Notes: generated by a model not told the origin, from the letters alone. A DNA stretch of 64,000 nt from Antedon mediterranea (GCF_964355755.1 NC_092673.1:13116948-13180947); one strand, 5' to 3'. Shown: positions 40,521 through 54,165, counted from the first letter of the stretch. Numbers and translations: made by a program.

Positions 40521-41411
40521 CAAAAAAAAAAACCAGACAGGACACCTGATACTGTTTACTTATGAATATGTATAAAATATTGACCAATAAAATAATTTTT
40601 TGTTATGGATTATTCATAAACTATGTGAGATCGCGGGACAAATCGTCGTCTGATCGAAAATTGACTTCCAAAACTCACATTTTATCTGTCTAATACGTCA
40701 CGCTAAGGTAGGATTTTATGGTTTTTAAAAATGTTGTAAGCACATGGGCCTAGAATCGCTAGGCCATAAATAATTTAAACTATATTTGAACTCGTCACTT
40801 TGACGAGTTAGTTACCCGCACGAAAAATGTCGCATGCACGTCATACGTTGGAATTTTGTACACAGAAAAAGATTATGCCATTATAACCTGAACTAAAGAA
40901 TAATTATGATATGTTGTTAATGCTGAATTCTGTCTAGTTTGTGTAATATGGTATATACAGTATAGACAGTATAATCTGTAGAATAGATGAAATTACGGGA
41001 CCCGCCATTTATTCCAATTTTTAACATGGCGACGGTATCAAAATGAAACACTAAGATAGCAATTTCGGAAGGAAATTATCTTCATAAAAATTTAAATATT
41101 TTTAACTCATGCGAAAGATAGTTGATTGACCTAGACAATATTAAAATCTCAGAAAAAATGGAATACGGATAATGTAATATAACGAAATACTTTTATAATT
41201 AAGAAATCGACCTTTGTATCAGAATTTAAATAAGTTCACGAACTTGGCCCAGAAAGTCCAGAGGAGAGTTTGTCCAGATGTTTTAATGACAATTTAGTTT
41301 ATAATAGAATCCCTAAAGAAAACACTTAGCTTAATTTTGTGACTGTTCCCATCGTAAAACAATTAGATATTGACAGTTTGAAGCAGAGATTTGACAGGGC
41401 CAATTCATCAT

Positions 41412-41781
41412 TGTAACCTCCCCAGATAAGATCAATCACTCCACTTAAACACCCCTGGATCAACTTAGGACCAATCGTTACCCTCACAGATTACGTAGTG
41501 ACATATGCAAATGAACCGAAGCCAATATACCCCCAAGTTTCAGAAGAACATCTACACCTCACAGCCACTTCTTCAGAAGAACATCTACACCTTACAGCCA
41601 CTTCTTCAGAAGCAGACCTACACACTTCACACCTCACCGACAGCATCACTGATCCTCCGTTCCTTATCTATACTTATAGTTGTATATTGTACTGAAGTAT
41701 TATACTGAATAAACAATATGTGTTACGACAGTTAAGCGAGTAAGAGTCTTCATTAGTACCTCAACACAACACTATATTACA
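41412..41781 (+). mobile_element. Probable solo LTR
   Basis: TGTAA...TTACA ends, AATAAA at ~41708, internal 33-bp tandem repeat (41540-41625); TSD poor (atcat/ataag). Confidence 0.42.
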
Positions 41782-41832
41782 ATAAGTGTGATGCGTGATT
41801 GAATGTGATAAGCAATAACGAAAGAGACAAAA

Positions 41833-41925
41833 ATCCCGACAGGATCCCGCTCGTATCCCAACAGGATCCCGCTCATATCCCAAAGGGATCCCGCTTATAT
41901 CCCGACAGTATCCCTTCAGGATCCT
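41833..41925. repeat. 22-bp tandem repeat, ~4 copies
   Basis: atcccgacaggatcccgctcgt-like units starting at 41833, 41855, 41877 and 41899. Confidence 0.85.
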
Positions 41926-42779
41926 GGCATTTTTTTAGAGTAAGCTCATGGATAAAGCTATTCTGGATCTAAAGTGTTTAGATCCAACACAATACAACTG
42001 AATGCAAATGGCATAATGGAGTATTTAATAAAGTTTATTTATTCTTTGTTACACTATCAAACGATACTCAAACCTTATTCCGACCTTAGCACCAATGCAA
42101 ACAAAATACATCTTTACTAGAGATTAATTGGTGTGTTTGAACATAATTTTTAAGACTAAGAATGTTAAACTGACCAGTATATTTTTTTAGAGACCAGCTG
42201 CTACTGAGATTGATGAAGAGGTAAGGATTCTGAAAAAAACAAGGAAAAGCGAAGTATAGGAGATGCCAGAAAGGCATACAATGCAAAAATGAGTGTGGAA
42301 CTCGAAGGAGCAACGAATTCAACCGATAACAATGATGAAATCGTTAAACAAGTAACTATACACCCATCATTAAAGCCGCTTCTATATTGTAAAATGAACA
42401 CAATAATATTAATTTACAGGAAAAGATACTCGCTATCGTTATCATTTCAACTTGATCGTTTTCAAACGATCGTCCGATGATAGCGTCGAATAATGTCGAC
42501 AGGAAAACAGGCTTTACCACCAGTACACAGTATAACCAAGAATGTGCAGTCAGCCGTATATAGGGGCGGGGCCAAAGTCGAACATGCATATTGGCGTCTA
42601 GACGCAGCCAAATCAGACAGGTTTTGAGACGCGTTTTTGGGTAAACAATAGAAAACGCGTCTGGACGCTGATTTGTGGTCTGAAATAATTTGTAGATCAC
42701 GCCTTATTACAGTACTACTTAAATTATGATGAAACTGTGTATTTTATTTGTTTCCAATGGCTTCTTTTATCCATTCATT

Positions 42780-44714
42780 CAACCTGTTTTTAGGGAAGTA
42801 TAGTTGCATTTATTGCTATTCAAGCCAAGAAGATATCAGGAAAATAACAAATCAGCTGATGACAGATCTCTTAAGAGTTACAACAGAGACAAAGTCCTTT
42901 GTAGAAGTGGCAAGGACCCCAAAAAGAGTATAGTGTCACATAGTATAGTAAGGCATACTTGGTTGGCATTGAACTAAATAGTGTAAGTAAAACAATTCAT
43001 ATTTTTTTTCTAAGAATTATTTTTTATTAATATTAAAGAAGTAAACAAAGCAATTTAAATAACTATAAACATCCATACCTTCTTTAAATTACAATCTACC
43101 ATATTTTGTACAGGTTTCAATACCAGCACTTCATATATCTCTTGGACTGTTTAAAAAGATGTTTGACATGCTTGAAAAAAGTCATCATATTTAATATGCG
43201 ACAAGATGCATCTATCAAATTTGGTAATTTTTTGTTTCAAGTTATAATATACCTTCAAATCAGGGAGTTGTTAACAACTTCCTGTTCAAATAAAGAAAGC
43301 ATTCTCAATGAGATGAGGCTTTGAATAAACCATTACTGACAAATTAAATTTTATATATTCCCAGGCCAACATCTGGCTGATTTTAAGAAAAAAGTGTCAG
43401 AAGCTTCTGCAAATCGAAGTATGTGTGCTGACAAAATCCAGTCATTAGGCTTGAAGATTGAGGAGATAAACTGTCTATTGCTCTCGTAAATGATGAAAGT
43501 AATGCAGATAGAATAGCAGATCTTGGACATAAGATCAAGAAATCAAAGATACGGTGAGATAAGTGTTACATTTTTATTAAATTGAAATATAATTAATAAA
43601 ATAAATTCCTGTAACTGTACAGTATTATTATATTAAATTGTGTTAAAATTGATTCAATAATTATCCTGTAGAGGACAGCAATGAATCAAGATCTCCCATT
43701 TGGTACAGGACTCTTAGCAACCAAACTTAATGAAGTTTTAAGACTAAAGAAAATACCGAGACAGCAGTATCATGGTAAAAGTTTTGTTGGAAACCATGTG
43801 CACAAGGCATGCAAAGTGAGTTTGATAATGTGCTATTAATGTATGATAAATATTTGGAACAAAACAATTTTTTAAATTTTGATCATACATCTCAAGTTTT
43901 TGTCTCATTTTTAGATAAACATTATTGATAAGTTGCTGGAGGGATAGACATTACACTTCAACAGCAAGTATACTTGTGCCCTGAAAACTGTAAGAGGATC
44001 CTTGATCTAAAACTACAGAAAGTCAGCGAAAAATTTACCCCTGTATTCTATGCCTTCAATAAAGTACATGCATGCTTAAACCATACCAGATACATTGAAG
44101 ATGAAGAAATTGATGAATATAGTAAGCTTATGTAATATATTGAGTAAATCTTTCACTTACTAAATTTTGCTGCTCTCAATTATCTACTGAAAAAAAGGAG
44201 ATACAAACAATGATAATGATAAAAAAACTGCTTGTACATATTTTACCACACAAAGTTGATGATTGGTAAAGAAAGAGCATATTATTTTAGTAGAATATCA
44301 CTATAAAAACAATATTAATTTTATTTTAATTTTATTAAAGTTATTTTTAAATTGATTATAGTATATGTAGGTAATTTTAGTATTTACCTTATAATAACAG
44401 AAAAATACATAGATGTATTCTCAAAGGAATATAGAAGAATTGCACCTGGGGTTATTCAACCAAAACTTCAAATGCTTGAAAACAATGCTGTGCAGTTTAT
44501 GCGTAAGTGGAAGGTTGGCATTTACCTCTTAGCGGAGCAAGGAGGAAAGTTAATTCATTCTGAATTCAATCGGCGAAAAAGATCTGAGTATGGCCTCCGA
44601 AATGAATTGGATCAACTGATGTCCATCATGAAGGCTCACCTCACATTTACACATCCAAACATACAAAATGAAATTATACCACCAGCCAAACGATGTAAAT
44701 CAACAGAAGAGTGA
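42780..44714 (+). pseudogene. Chapaev-like (CMC group) transposase remnant, multi-exon
   Basis: Exon from 43114 VSIPALHISLG; RQQYHGKSFVGNHVHKACK (~43760-43815); QPKLQMLENN...LAEQGGKLIHSEFN in ORF 44352-44714; AT-rich GT-AG introns between them. Confidence 0.6.
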
Positions 44715-46241
44715 AGTTTGTTGGTTAAATTAATTAAATTGATTTACAATCAATTATTTTTTTGGTAAATATTTTAAAGGTCAAGCCGCTTGCTTGCCAC
44801 ATTCTGATATTTAACAGATCAAACAAATATAAAAAAGAACTTGAATTTCATTCGTCACTTATAAGTGATCATTTTTATAATTTTACTGAAATTAAATTTT
44901 TTTAAACATGCACGTACATTAAAATACGATTGCAAAATGACCTGATGCATTATACACTTGTACTATAATGCCGAGTTGTGTCTATTACATGCCCTATAGA
45001 ATATAATTATACAGTATACTGTATATCTATATACAGTGTAGCATAGGTGAAATTACGGGACACACATCATGTTTTAATTTTTTTCGGTATGATGACATTA
45101 TCAAAATCAATTTGAAGGTGACAATTTTGAAAGATAATTAATTGAGCAAATAAATAAGTTTTGGAAGAAAATTTGGCACGTAGAAGCGTGGTGCACGCTC
45201 TTTGAAATTTGTTTAACTTTTACTAAAGAAATTTTAAAAAACGACTTCAACTGATAAGCTTAATTTTTATATGAATTCATATCGTTTGTGTACGTTAATG
45301 AATTTGTAATTTTTATTTATATATCATTCATTTAGGGCTAGCTCGCCACAAGGTCTTTTGATTAATAGAATTTCTGTTTTTCATCTGCCGTAACTTTTTG
45401 AGTTTTGCCCTCTTCATTCATATTATAATTTATATTAGATATTTGTTCTTATTTTATGTGGAAGAAATTAATGTTGATTTGATTGATTGATTATAATCAT
45501 CAAGGTCACCTTTAATAAAATGGTGTTATGGCTACACAGTGTTTTTAATTTTATGTGAAAAAAATTGTGCATTGATTAACCCTTTCACTGCGTATACCCG
45601 GTACTACCGGGTATAAACAGACGTTGTTGAAATACGTATACACGGTAATACCGGGTATGGGAAAAACAATGATTTAATCGTAATATAATATATATATATA
45701 TATAATATATAGCACGCTCTATATTTTTTCGTGAACCTCAATATTTAATATAGTCATTTAAAAAAACGGCCCTCTATAGTTGTATTATCGTCTTGAAAAT
45801 CACGCGCCCTCTATCGCTCGACTAGTTATTTCTATCTTGGAAAGTTGTTTTGAGTAGCGAAATGGTGCAAGTGAATAATCATCTACAATCGCACGTAACG
45901 TAATGTGTTGATTGAACTCTTTACTCAAGTTTCATAAATTGCACATTAGAATCAACATTGGTATCTAAATAGCAATCTAGTTATTATACAACTACAATAA
46001 TGTCCACTAGATCATCAAAATTTAAACGTAGTACAGACAAATCAGCCGAAAAGACAGGGCTAAAACCTGTAGGCCCAGGCCCGGAAGATAAAACTAACCC
46101 GGAACTGCTAACACCGACTAAATCAGCTACTTCAACGGAGTCTCAGCCTACAATGTCATTGTCGCCGGAAGGGCTAGGCCAACTCCAAAACCTACTAGCC
46201 AACGACCCTCAGCTTATTTCGATAGTGGCTTCATCCATAAG

Positions 46242-49200
46242 CAGGGAAAAATTTCGCCAGTATCGCATCGCAAATCGCGACACAAAATAAAACAATTGCT
46301 ACGCAATTACCGAAACGGATCGCATGTTTTCGCGATACAACAATGTCCAATATGAACAACAGCTAGCTAATAAGCCTAGGCCAGGTTTTAGGCCTAGGTA
46401 ACTAGTGTGCGGCCGTAGTCTAGTCTAGACATCGCAGGCTCTTCTGAAGCCTCCGAATTTTAGTCAAGAACCGTCACTTACGTTGTTTTGTTTATTTCAT
46501 CAAAATTTAGTAGGCCTAGGCTAGAGATATAATTATTTTTTGTAAAGATCGACGACCTAGGCTAGACCTACATCGTTATGTTTTTACTTTTCAATAATTG
46601 AGGGCAGCAAAATGCATGCCGTGTGCAAATTGCTTGGGCGAATTGTGACAACACACGATTCCTGCTCGTGATGAATGTTTGGTATGAGGTTTTCATTCGC
46701 TGGCTTGTCAAACGCGTGTGTGCAAGCGCAGGTCATTCAAACTGATACAAAAGGTAATTGCCTTATGTTTCGTGACGTTTACAAGCGTTTGTATAGTAAA
46801 ATAAATGTTATTAAACATCAATTAATTTTTTAAACTTTATTACTGAAGAGAAAAATAAAGAAATAAATAAGCATACGTCTATTTTGTGTTTATTTGTATT
46901 GTTTAGTATAATACCTACCCTTTGCCATAATACATGAAACCAACAACATACATTCTGTTTTTCTGTGACACTACTCTCTTCTTGTGGTTCTGTTGTTATC
47001 TCAACATGGATAAATTAAAAATTAAGAAATCTGTTCGTTTCGTAACTGCTCAGAAGTGGCAGAAAGAAACCGAATTTAGAGCGTGGCTTAAGCTGGAAAG
47101 TAATACGAATGGTGAGTACCTTGACAAGATGTGGTGCTCAGTCTGTGCTTTGCACGTCAATAAAATAAATAAATACAGAAACTATAGTCCGGCATTTGTA
47201 GACGGCATAAGCGATCAAAGCGCACTAAAACGGGACCAGGTTACCAAACATTCCAGGTCTGAACAACATCAAAGAGCCATGAATATGGACAGTAATCCAT
47301 TTAGCCGTGCCCAACTGTACACTTAAACTAAAATTGGAAAGTCGATGGCCAAAGGTGAAACGGAGGAACGAGAAAAGATACAAAAACTCATGGACATTTG
47401 TTACATGATGGCGTTGGAAGAGATTCCGTTCAGTAAGTTTCCTCGTATTGCCCAGCTGGAAATACGACACAAAGTGCCACTGGGTCAAACATACTTAACA
47501 GAGCCTAAGTGTAGGGAATTCTCCGAAATAATTGGAGAGGTAATCGAGAATGAAACCCTTAATAAAATCAAAGAAGCAAAGTATATTTCTATTTTATCAG
47601 ACGGCTCTACCGATGTGTCAAACCTAGAAAAAGAGCTAGTATATGTCACTTTCGCTACAAATGCTGAAGTATCAACCAAGTTGTTATCAATTAGAAATAT
47701 TAAATACGCCCATGCCGAAGGTTTGACAGAGCTCCTGCTAGATGTAATGAAGTGTGCTGGCATAGACCCCAAAAAGCAACTTGTGGGCTACTGTGCCGAT
47801 GGAGCCAGTGTTAATATGGGGCGTGTCAACGGCGTCGCAGCTCGTCTCAAACGGGACGTTCCAGTACCTTGGATGGTTGTAATCCATTGTGCAAGTCACA
47901 GGTTGGAGCTTGCCATTAAGGATGCCTTTAAAGGTGTCTCGGGTATCGACATGGTAATTGATATGCTGCAATCAATTTATTACCTATATGAAAAAAGCAG
48001 CAAGCGACTCAGAGAACTGAGAGTTATTGGAGAGGTAATGGAGGAAGCCGTCTTAAAACCATGCAAGGCTAACGGCACAAGATGGATTCAACACAAAGCA
48101 AGGGCCTGCTCGGCACTTATACAGAATTATCAAGCTATTGTTGCCCACTTGGAGGCCCAGGGAGCAGACAACTCTGATGTTCCAGCTGCCGAAAAAACCC
48201 GTCTAAAAGGATACCTGAAGATTCTTAAAAGCCTGAAGTTTGTCTTCCACCTTCTATACATGAATATTGTGCTTGTGCCATTATCACACGTTTGCCGTAA
48301 CTTCCAAAAAGGTAGCATCGATTTGTTACAGGCCACATCATGTTTGGAACAGCTATCCACAACGCTTAATCATATTGTCAATGACAGTACTGAAAACATC
48401 GCTACCATGGGTCCACTTGGTGACCTAATCGTACGGGCGGACGCTGATCCTGGTAATGCAACATACAAGCTTGTCCGACTTTCCAATGGCTCACCCGCAG
48501 TTGTCACGGCCTTCAAAAATCAAATGGTCGTAATTGCCGAAAAAATAATGGAGTGCATGTCCATTCGATTCAGAGACATTGAACATGACAACAAAATCAA
48601 ATGCCTCAAATTGCTTGACTGCACGCTGTGGCCCAAAGACAAAGACCAGCTATCTAGTTACGGTATTGATATCCTGGACACATTCATTGACGAGTTCGCT
48701 GATCTATTATCTGCAAATCAGGTAAACACTGACAACTTGCAAATTGAATGGGCTAATTTCAAGCACTTCTGGTTGGAAAATCTTGCTCATCTGCCCAGAT
48801 CAGATTTGTGGAACACCGTGACCAAGCATTATGCTGACATATACCCTAATTTGATTCATGTCATCAATGTGTTAATAGTCTTCCCAGGTATAGTTGGCCT
48901 TATTATTACTGTTATTTCACAGACCGATATACTAAAGTAGTAATATTAAGGCATTCCTAATATCTTCCAAAAGGTAAGGGTTTTTTTTTGCTGTTTTTCA
49001 GTTTCGAATGCTGTAGTCGAACGTGGATTTTCTGCTATGGGTCGCGTGAAAACTGACCACAGAAACCGTTTAGGAGAGAAGACCTTGGAGCAGCTGATGC
49101 GAATCAATTTAGAGGGAGACAAGCTTGAACACTTTAACCCCACACTCGCAACAGATCGATTTTTTTCTTCTGTGCGATACCCAAACCCCCAACCCTATGG

Positions 49201-50204
49201 AAAGCGCACAATGGATGACCCTGAAGGCGATGATATTGTTACAGCCAAACATGCCAAATAAACTTGAATACTGATCAGATGATGTTAATTTAATAGTTAA
49301 CATCCATATGTTGTGTTAAATTTTCTGTTGAATTATGATGATCAATAAAAACATTGAGTATTGTTTCTTGATTTAATAGTTAATTTTTGTTTATTTAAAA
49401 CACATTTATTTGAATCAAAACCTCCACGACGGATGTAACAACGGTAAAATTTAGATTTTAAAAGTCGGAACATTTAAGACGATCCATCCAGTAAAACTTA
49501 TCGTAAGGGCACTTCTGTTGAACATTATAAATTAAGACGATCCCCAACCCATTCGTTCCTTCATCATGGTGGGGCATGCATCGCCTTTCACGCGATACGG
49601 TAAACAATGCTGTGCGCCGAAGCGTAACCAACAGAAATAACATATAGCATCGTGAGCACACCTGCATTTTCCGAGGAAGCAAGTTACTTAAATAAACATA
49701 TTTAACTCCAATCCATAACGAAATGTCGTAGTATGAACATACATTTGGCACATATTATGTATGGTATGTATGTTCAACCTTGTAATAAAAGCAAAAATAT
49801 GTGTTGGTTTCGACCAATGCTGTATTGAGAGTTAGGCTAGTTGGATGCATACCAATGCATGATACAGCAGTAGTACAGGTAGTCGGGGTACCTTGACGCA
49901 CCACACACATTTCATTTAAGCTTAGTCCAGGAAGAATGTTAGGCCTACTGGTATACTGCTGGCCTGCACATCGGATAATGCGCGACGTTTTTAACTTCGA
50001 ATTTTTTAAGTAATTACCAAATTGGTATATAAAACACAATAGAAAAGATGGTTACTTTTAAAAGTATAAAACACTAAAATGTGTTTTTGTTAACTTACTA
50101 CATACACAAAAAAATTGCTACACAAATTGATTAAATTGCTAATCAATTTTCAAATTGATTAGCAATTATTGCTATTCAAAATTTTTCCACGAAATTTTTC
50201 CCTG
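46242..50204 (+). mobile_element. hAT element with 5-bp TSD (hAT5-like), full length
   Basis: Perfect 15-bp TIR CAGGGAAAAATTTCG; ATAAG at 46237-46241 and 50205-50209; removing the element restores the LINE ORF1 frame. Confidence 0.93.
47006..49261 (+). CDS. hAT transposase (ZNF862-like), one intron 48888-49001, single in-frame TAA at 47324-47326
   Basis: Zinc finger WCSVC...H..SEQH; SDGSTD, ADGASVNMG, HCASHRLELA, TRW; splicing gives VFP|VSNAVVERGFSAM (catalytic E). ORFs 46934-47326 and 47345-48940 are in the same frame. Confidence 0.88.
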
Positions 50205-52181
50205 ATAAGCAACCATATTTTAATACTTTTCAAGATTGTTAATGCAGTATGTGAAAATAAAGTACTAATTTCGTCTATTAGCAAATCTATCTGCGAAAAA
50301 GTAAGTGACACTGTTTATAATAGCGTTGCCCTTGACTACGAGCCAACAGCTGGCGACATTGTAGTCTTGAAAAAACATAATAACACACTAACTGCTGAGT
50401 AATAAAATAGACGATCTTGAGCAATACAGTAGAAGGAACTGCCTCTTACTACACGGTGTCCCAAGAATCATAACTCGAAGAAACTGACAACCTTGTCCTT
50501 AATAAAGTCAAAAATAACGGATAACATCGAATTATGCGATATTGATCGATCACATAGACTTGGGAGGAAAAGGATACATCACGGCCAATCTGCAGCCAAA
50601 TCCAAACCCAGGCCAATAATCATCAAATTTACACGCGCGCTCTGAGGTCTTCCACAAAAAAAGATCATTAAAGCACTCTGGATACCTAGTAACCGAAACA
50701 TCTTTGCTCCATGTTCACTCCTAATTCTTTAATTCATTATCATCATACTCGTATTAGTTCAAAATTACATATTCCAACCCATAAAACCAACCACTTTCAA
50801 CACAACATTAGGTATTCCGGACCCACTTTTTGGAACGATCTGCCACTCCCCATCTTAAACTCGGTTTTTAGTAAATCATTTTTATCTAAACTTAAAAGTC
50901 ACCTTATTTCCAAATTTTAACTATTCTTCGGTCAATTTTTTATTTATTTATTTATTATTTATATTTTTTTTTAAATTGTTATTGTCTGTGTCAGTAATAG
51001 GTACGCCCTCCACAAGATGTGTTTTTCATCTTTCTGTGTTTGTACCTTCTTCTTTCGAAATTTTGTTTAAATATATATTGTTCATTGAAATCAATTTTGT
51101 ATATGAAAGGAGAAAATAAATGTTGCTTTGAATTTGAATTTGAAAAAACAAAGGCTATATGATTTTAGTGAAGTTTTGAATCAGATATTTGCTGATTCAG
51201 ACAGTGAGGATGACTTTGATGTCAATGATTCAATTCAATCGTTCCCGTCTGCTGACTATAGTCCCGATAATGATTCTCTGATGAGTGCTGATTGTTAGTT
51301 GGATGTGGATAATGAACCTGACGTAGGCCATGGGTCACAGGATGAAACTATAGATATGTCTGTGGACAGTGATGGTAAAGCGAGCGTAGAGTGATGATGA
51401 AACGGTGAGTTCTGATCGTATATCAGTTGATGATGAGCCAGTGCCAGTTGTGCGTGGTCGTGGTAGAGGAAGACGTGGGGAGCAGTAAAGGGCCCTTAGT
51501 GGAGGTCCAGGTGACAAAGGCCCCAGGAAGGGTTTTAGAGCATTTTAGGCATACACAAGTCTTACTGTAAATTTCCTAAAGTGGTCACTAATGAATACAA
51601 TTTTAGTACATGATCTAAATATAACTTTAAAAATCCAAAGGATAAATTGTAGCATAGAAAATATGCATGAACCGCAATGTAGAAAAACCTACTTCAAGCA
51701 TGGACGGGCCAAGTGGTATTCATAGATAAATTTAAAAATTGTTAATGAACTTTTGTAACTTTAGTTTATACTTTCAGAGCTTTGGTCACTTGGAAAAGCG
51801 CTTTATAAATCCAAATAAATAAATAATATGAGCGGGCGCGATACTTTTAGTACTACAAGCTTACAAAAGTGGTCAGACTTGTAAATATAGGCTAGTTGTG
51901 AATTAATTGCCATTCTTACAAAGGGAGGATACCGCCTTGTAAATACATATTGGTCCCTGGATGTAGGACTGTCGCATGACTTAGATACCGTGAGCGTGAT
52001 TAACTTCTAAATATATGGTTCAAATTTGTAAAAAGGGACACGCCCAGAATAGTGCGTACTTAGTTTATTGTTTATTTTATTCCCTAATAGTTTATTTTCC
52101 TCACCCTATCCTTTTAAATGTAAATTACAAATAAAATATCAAACAGATGTTTACTACAACTAATCTAAATATTCACTAAAC

Positions 52182-52870
52182 TGAACTATTTGTGTTTTAT
52201 ATATCTACAGAATGCCAAAATGGTAAATTTAAACTAAATGAAATTTATTAACAGAAAAAAAAGCAGAACTTTTTCCATCTGTGTTTAATTTAATCCTTTT
52301 TTTTGTTAACAGCTGATATTGAAAATGAATCCATAAGTATTTTATATTGCCAGTGCACTATTCTAAGTGAACTATTTGTGTTTTATATGCCAAAAGGGTA
52401 CATTTTTAAAAACTATTTTGCTGGAAAAATAACAGTAAATGATAGGAATTGAGGATGATCCCCCAACAACATGATTTAATGACTATTTGCAAGTTCACTT
52501 TTCTACTTGAACTATTTGTGTTTTATATATAAAGAGGGTAAATTTAAAATAATTGAAAGTGATTAACAGAAGAAAAAAGCAGAACTATTTCCATCTTTGT
52601 TTAATATAATCCATTTTTTGTTGTTAACAGCTGATATTGAAAATGACAACCAGGTAAAGTATTTTATATTTGCCAGTGCACTCTTTTAAGTGAACTATTT
52701 GTGTTTTATATGCCAAAAAGGTGATTTTTGCTGGAAAAATAACAGTAAATGACAGGAATTGGGGATGATGTTCCAACAACATAATTTAATGACTATTTGC
52801 AAGTTCATTATTCTACTTGAACTATTTGTGTTTTATATATATCAAACAGGTAAATTTTAAAAAAGCATAA
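52182..52870. repeat. ~310-326-bp tandem duplication with sub-repeats
   Basis: tgaactatttgtgttttatat recurs at 52182, 52368, 52508, 52691 and 52818; a related segment lies at ~55555-55740. Confidence 0.85.
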
Positions 52871-52990
52871 CTATTTTCATAACTCCGTCTTAATTCGATT
52901 CATTTCTTTCCTTCACACATTATCAAATGTTATCACTATAAAGATATTACTTCTCATATTTTTAATAGTCATATTTATATTTCTTTTTAG

Positions 52991-54165
52991 GCTCTAAAAA
53001 AAAACCCTATAGACCATGTCCTTTTTGTGGAATTCTGCAAAGTAGGCTTAGCAGGCACAAAGATACTTCTGACATTAAACATGCTTTGAAACTTTCCATA
53101 AAAGAGAGAGTGAAGTTTCTAACAACACTACAGTTAAAGGAATTTACAAGCACAATGTCTGAAGACATAATCAAAATGGGCAAGGATGAAGAATTGATGA
53201 CTCAGAAAAGGTTAAAAACCAAAGATTCACGTCTAGTTATTTGCAGTTCGTGTAAAGGGTAATACAGTCGACGTTTTTTCTGGCATCACAAAAAAAATGC
53301 AGTAAAGATACAATTGAAACGGCATCAGCTTTACCAACTTCCATCCTTAATTCCCCACCTATTCATGTCTATGTTGAATTTAAATTTCACATTTCAAAAC
53401 GATTTTATGAGGATTAGGTCGGTAATTGCATCAGAAATGATGTTTGTTAGGACAAACACTTTTCACTAAGATGAAAAGAAAAAAGATAAGCAGGGTGAAG
53501 TTCAGAAATCTGTGATGTCCGACTTAAGAAGAGTAGCAACTTTGTACATGCACTTCAAAAAGCTTAAAGATGAGAATGAACAAGAAACAAGCAGCCAAAC
53601 TAGGGCAGGTTTAAAGATTTCTTTGTTGTATTTAATTAAGAAAATTGCAAAAGTAGTACAAGGCTACTATCTACTCAAACAAGATGACGACAAAGCCAAA
53701 TCAAATTTTTTTGTGTGCTAAACCATAACAAAGATTTTGTGTTTGGAGATGATGCTATGAATTCTATGAATAAATCAAAGCAATTCAATCTCAGAAAACC
53801 CAACAAACTTCCCCTTGAGTGTGATGTAGTAAAGGTTCGAGACTATACAATCTCATCAATGAAAGAAATTCTACAAGACAAATCATCTGTTGAGTTACCA
53901 AATGTATATGTTAAACTTAGAGAAGTAGCTGCTTCATGAATAACGTTGTTTAATGCATGGAGAGGTGGGGAACCAGCAAGACTTTTGTTGTTGGAATGGG
54001 AGGAAGCAGAAAACGGCGCATAGACAAGTTTTAAGTCGTCTTATAAAATGAAAACTAAAATATTTTAACCAAATGAAGGTTACTTTTCAAACCGGAAAAG
54101 GTAATGACCACATGGTTCCAGATGATACCGTTAGACACCTTTGAAGCCATGAGACAACTATCGGA
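52991..54165 (+). pseudogene. Second tyrosine-recombinase (CryptonV-like) gene remnant, different subfamily
   Basis: Acceptor AG at 52989-52990, then KPYRPCPFC...SRH; MSDLRRVATLY; AGLKISL; LRKPNKLP; ITLFNAWRGGEPARLLL.EWEEA; QTGKGNDHMVP. Many stops; 3'-truncated. Confidence 0.65.

Larger units (their letters stand above)
45890..51143 (+). mobile_element. Internally deleted CR1/L2-type LINE (ORF1 joined to the extreme 3' end of ORF2), split by the hAT
   Basis: ORF1 MSTRSSKFK...ASSIS (46000-46241) resumes at 50205 with ISNHIL...DDLEQYSRRNCLLLHGVP...IDRSHRLG...PRPIIIKF. Near 50700 it jumps to ...YSGPTFWNDLP...KLKSHL, then UTR and a (tttgaa)n tail. 5' limit approximate. Confidence 0.75.
45580..51520 (+). 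mobile_element. Third piggyBac-like element (5' part only), split by a LINE
   Basis: TTAA|CCCTTTCACTGC at 45576-45591. After the LINE tail, 51150-51500 encodes an acidic DFSEVLNQIFADSDSEDDFD...RGRGRGRRG stretch like piggyBac N-termini. No right TIR found, so the linkage is inferred. Confidence 0.5.

Noticed and set aside
41498-41708. Repetitive ORFs (SEEHLHLTATS)
   Set aside because: Produced by a 33-bp tandem repeat inside a probable LTR.
47345-48940. Domesticated host gene ZNF862
   Set aside because: Bounded by perfect TIRs and a TSD and inserted in a LINE. Likewise the THAP9-, HARBI1- and PGBD-like pieces are disrupted TE remnants, so no gene symbols are given.
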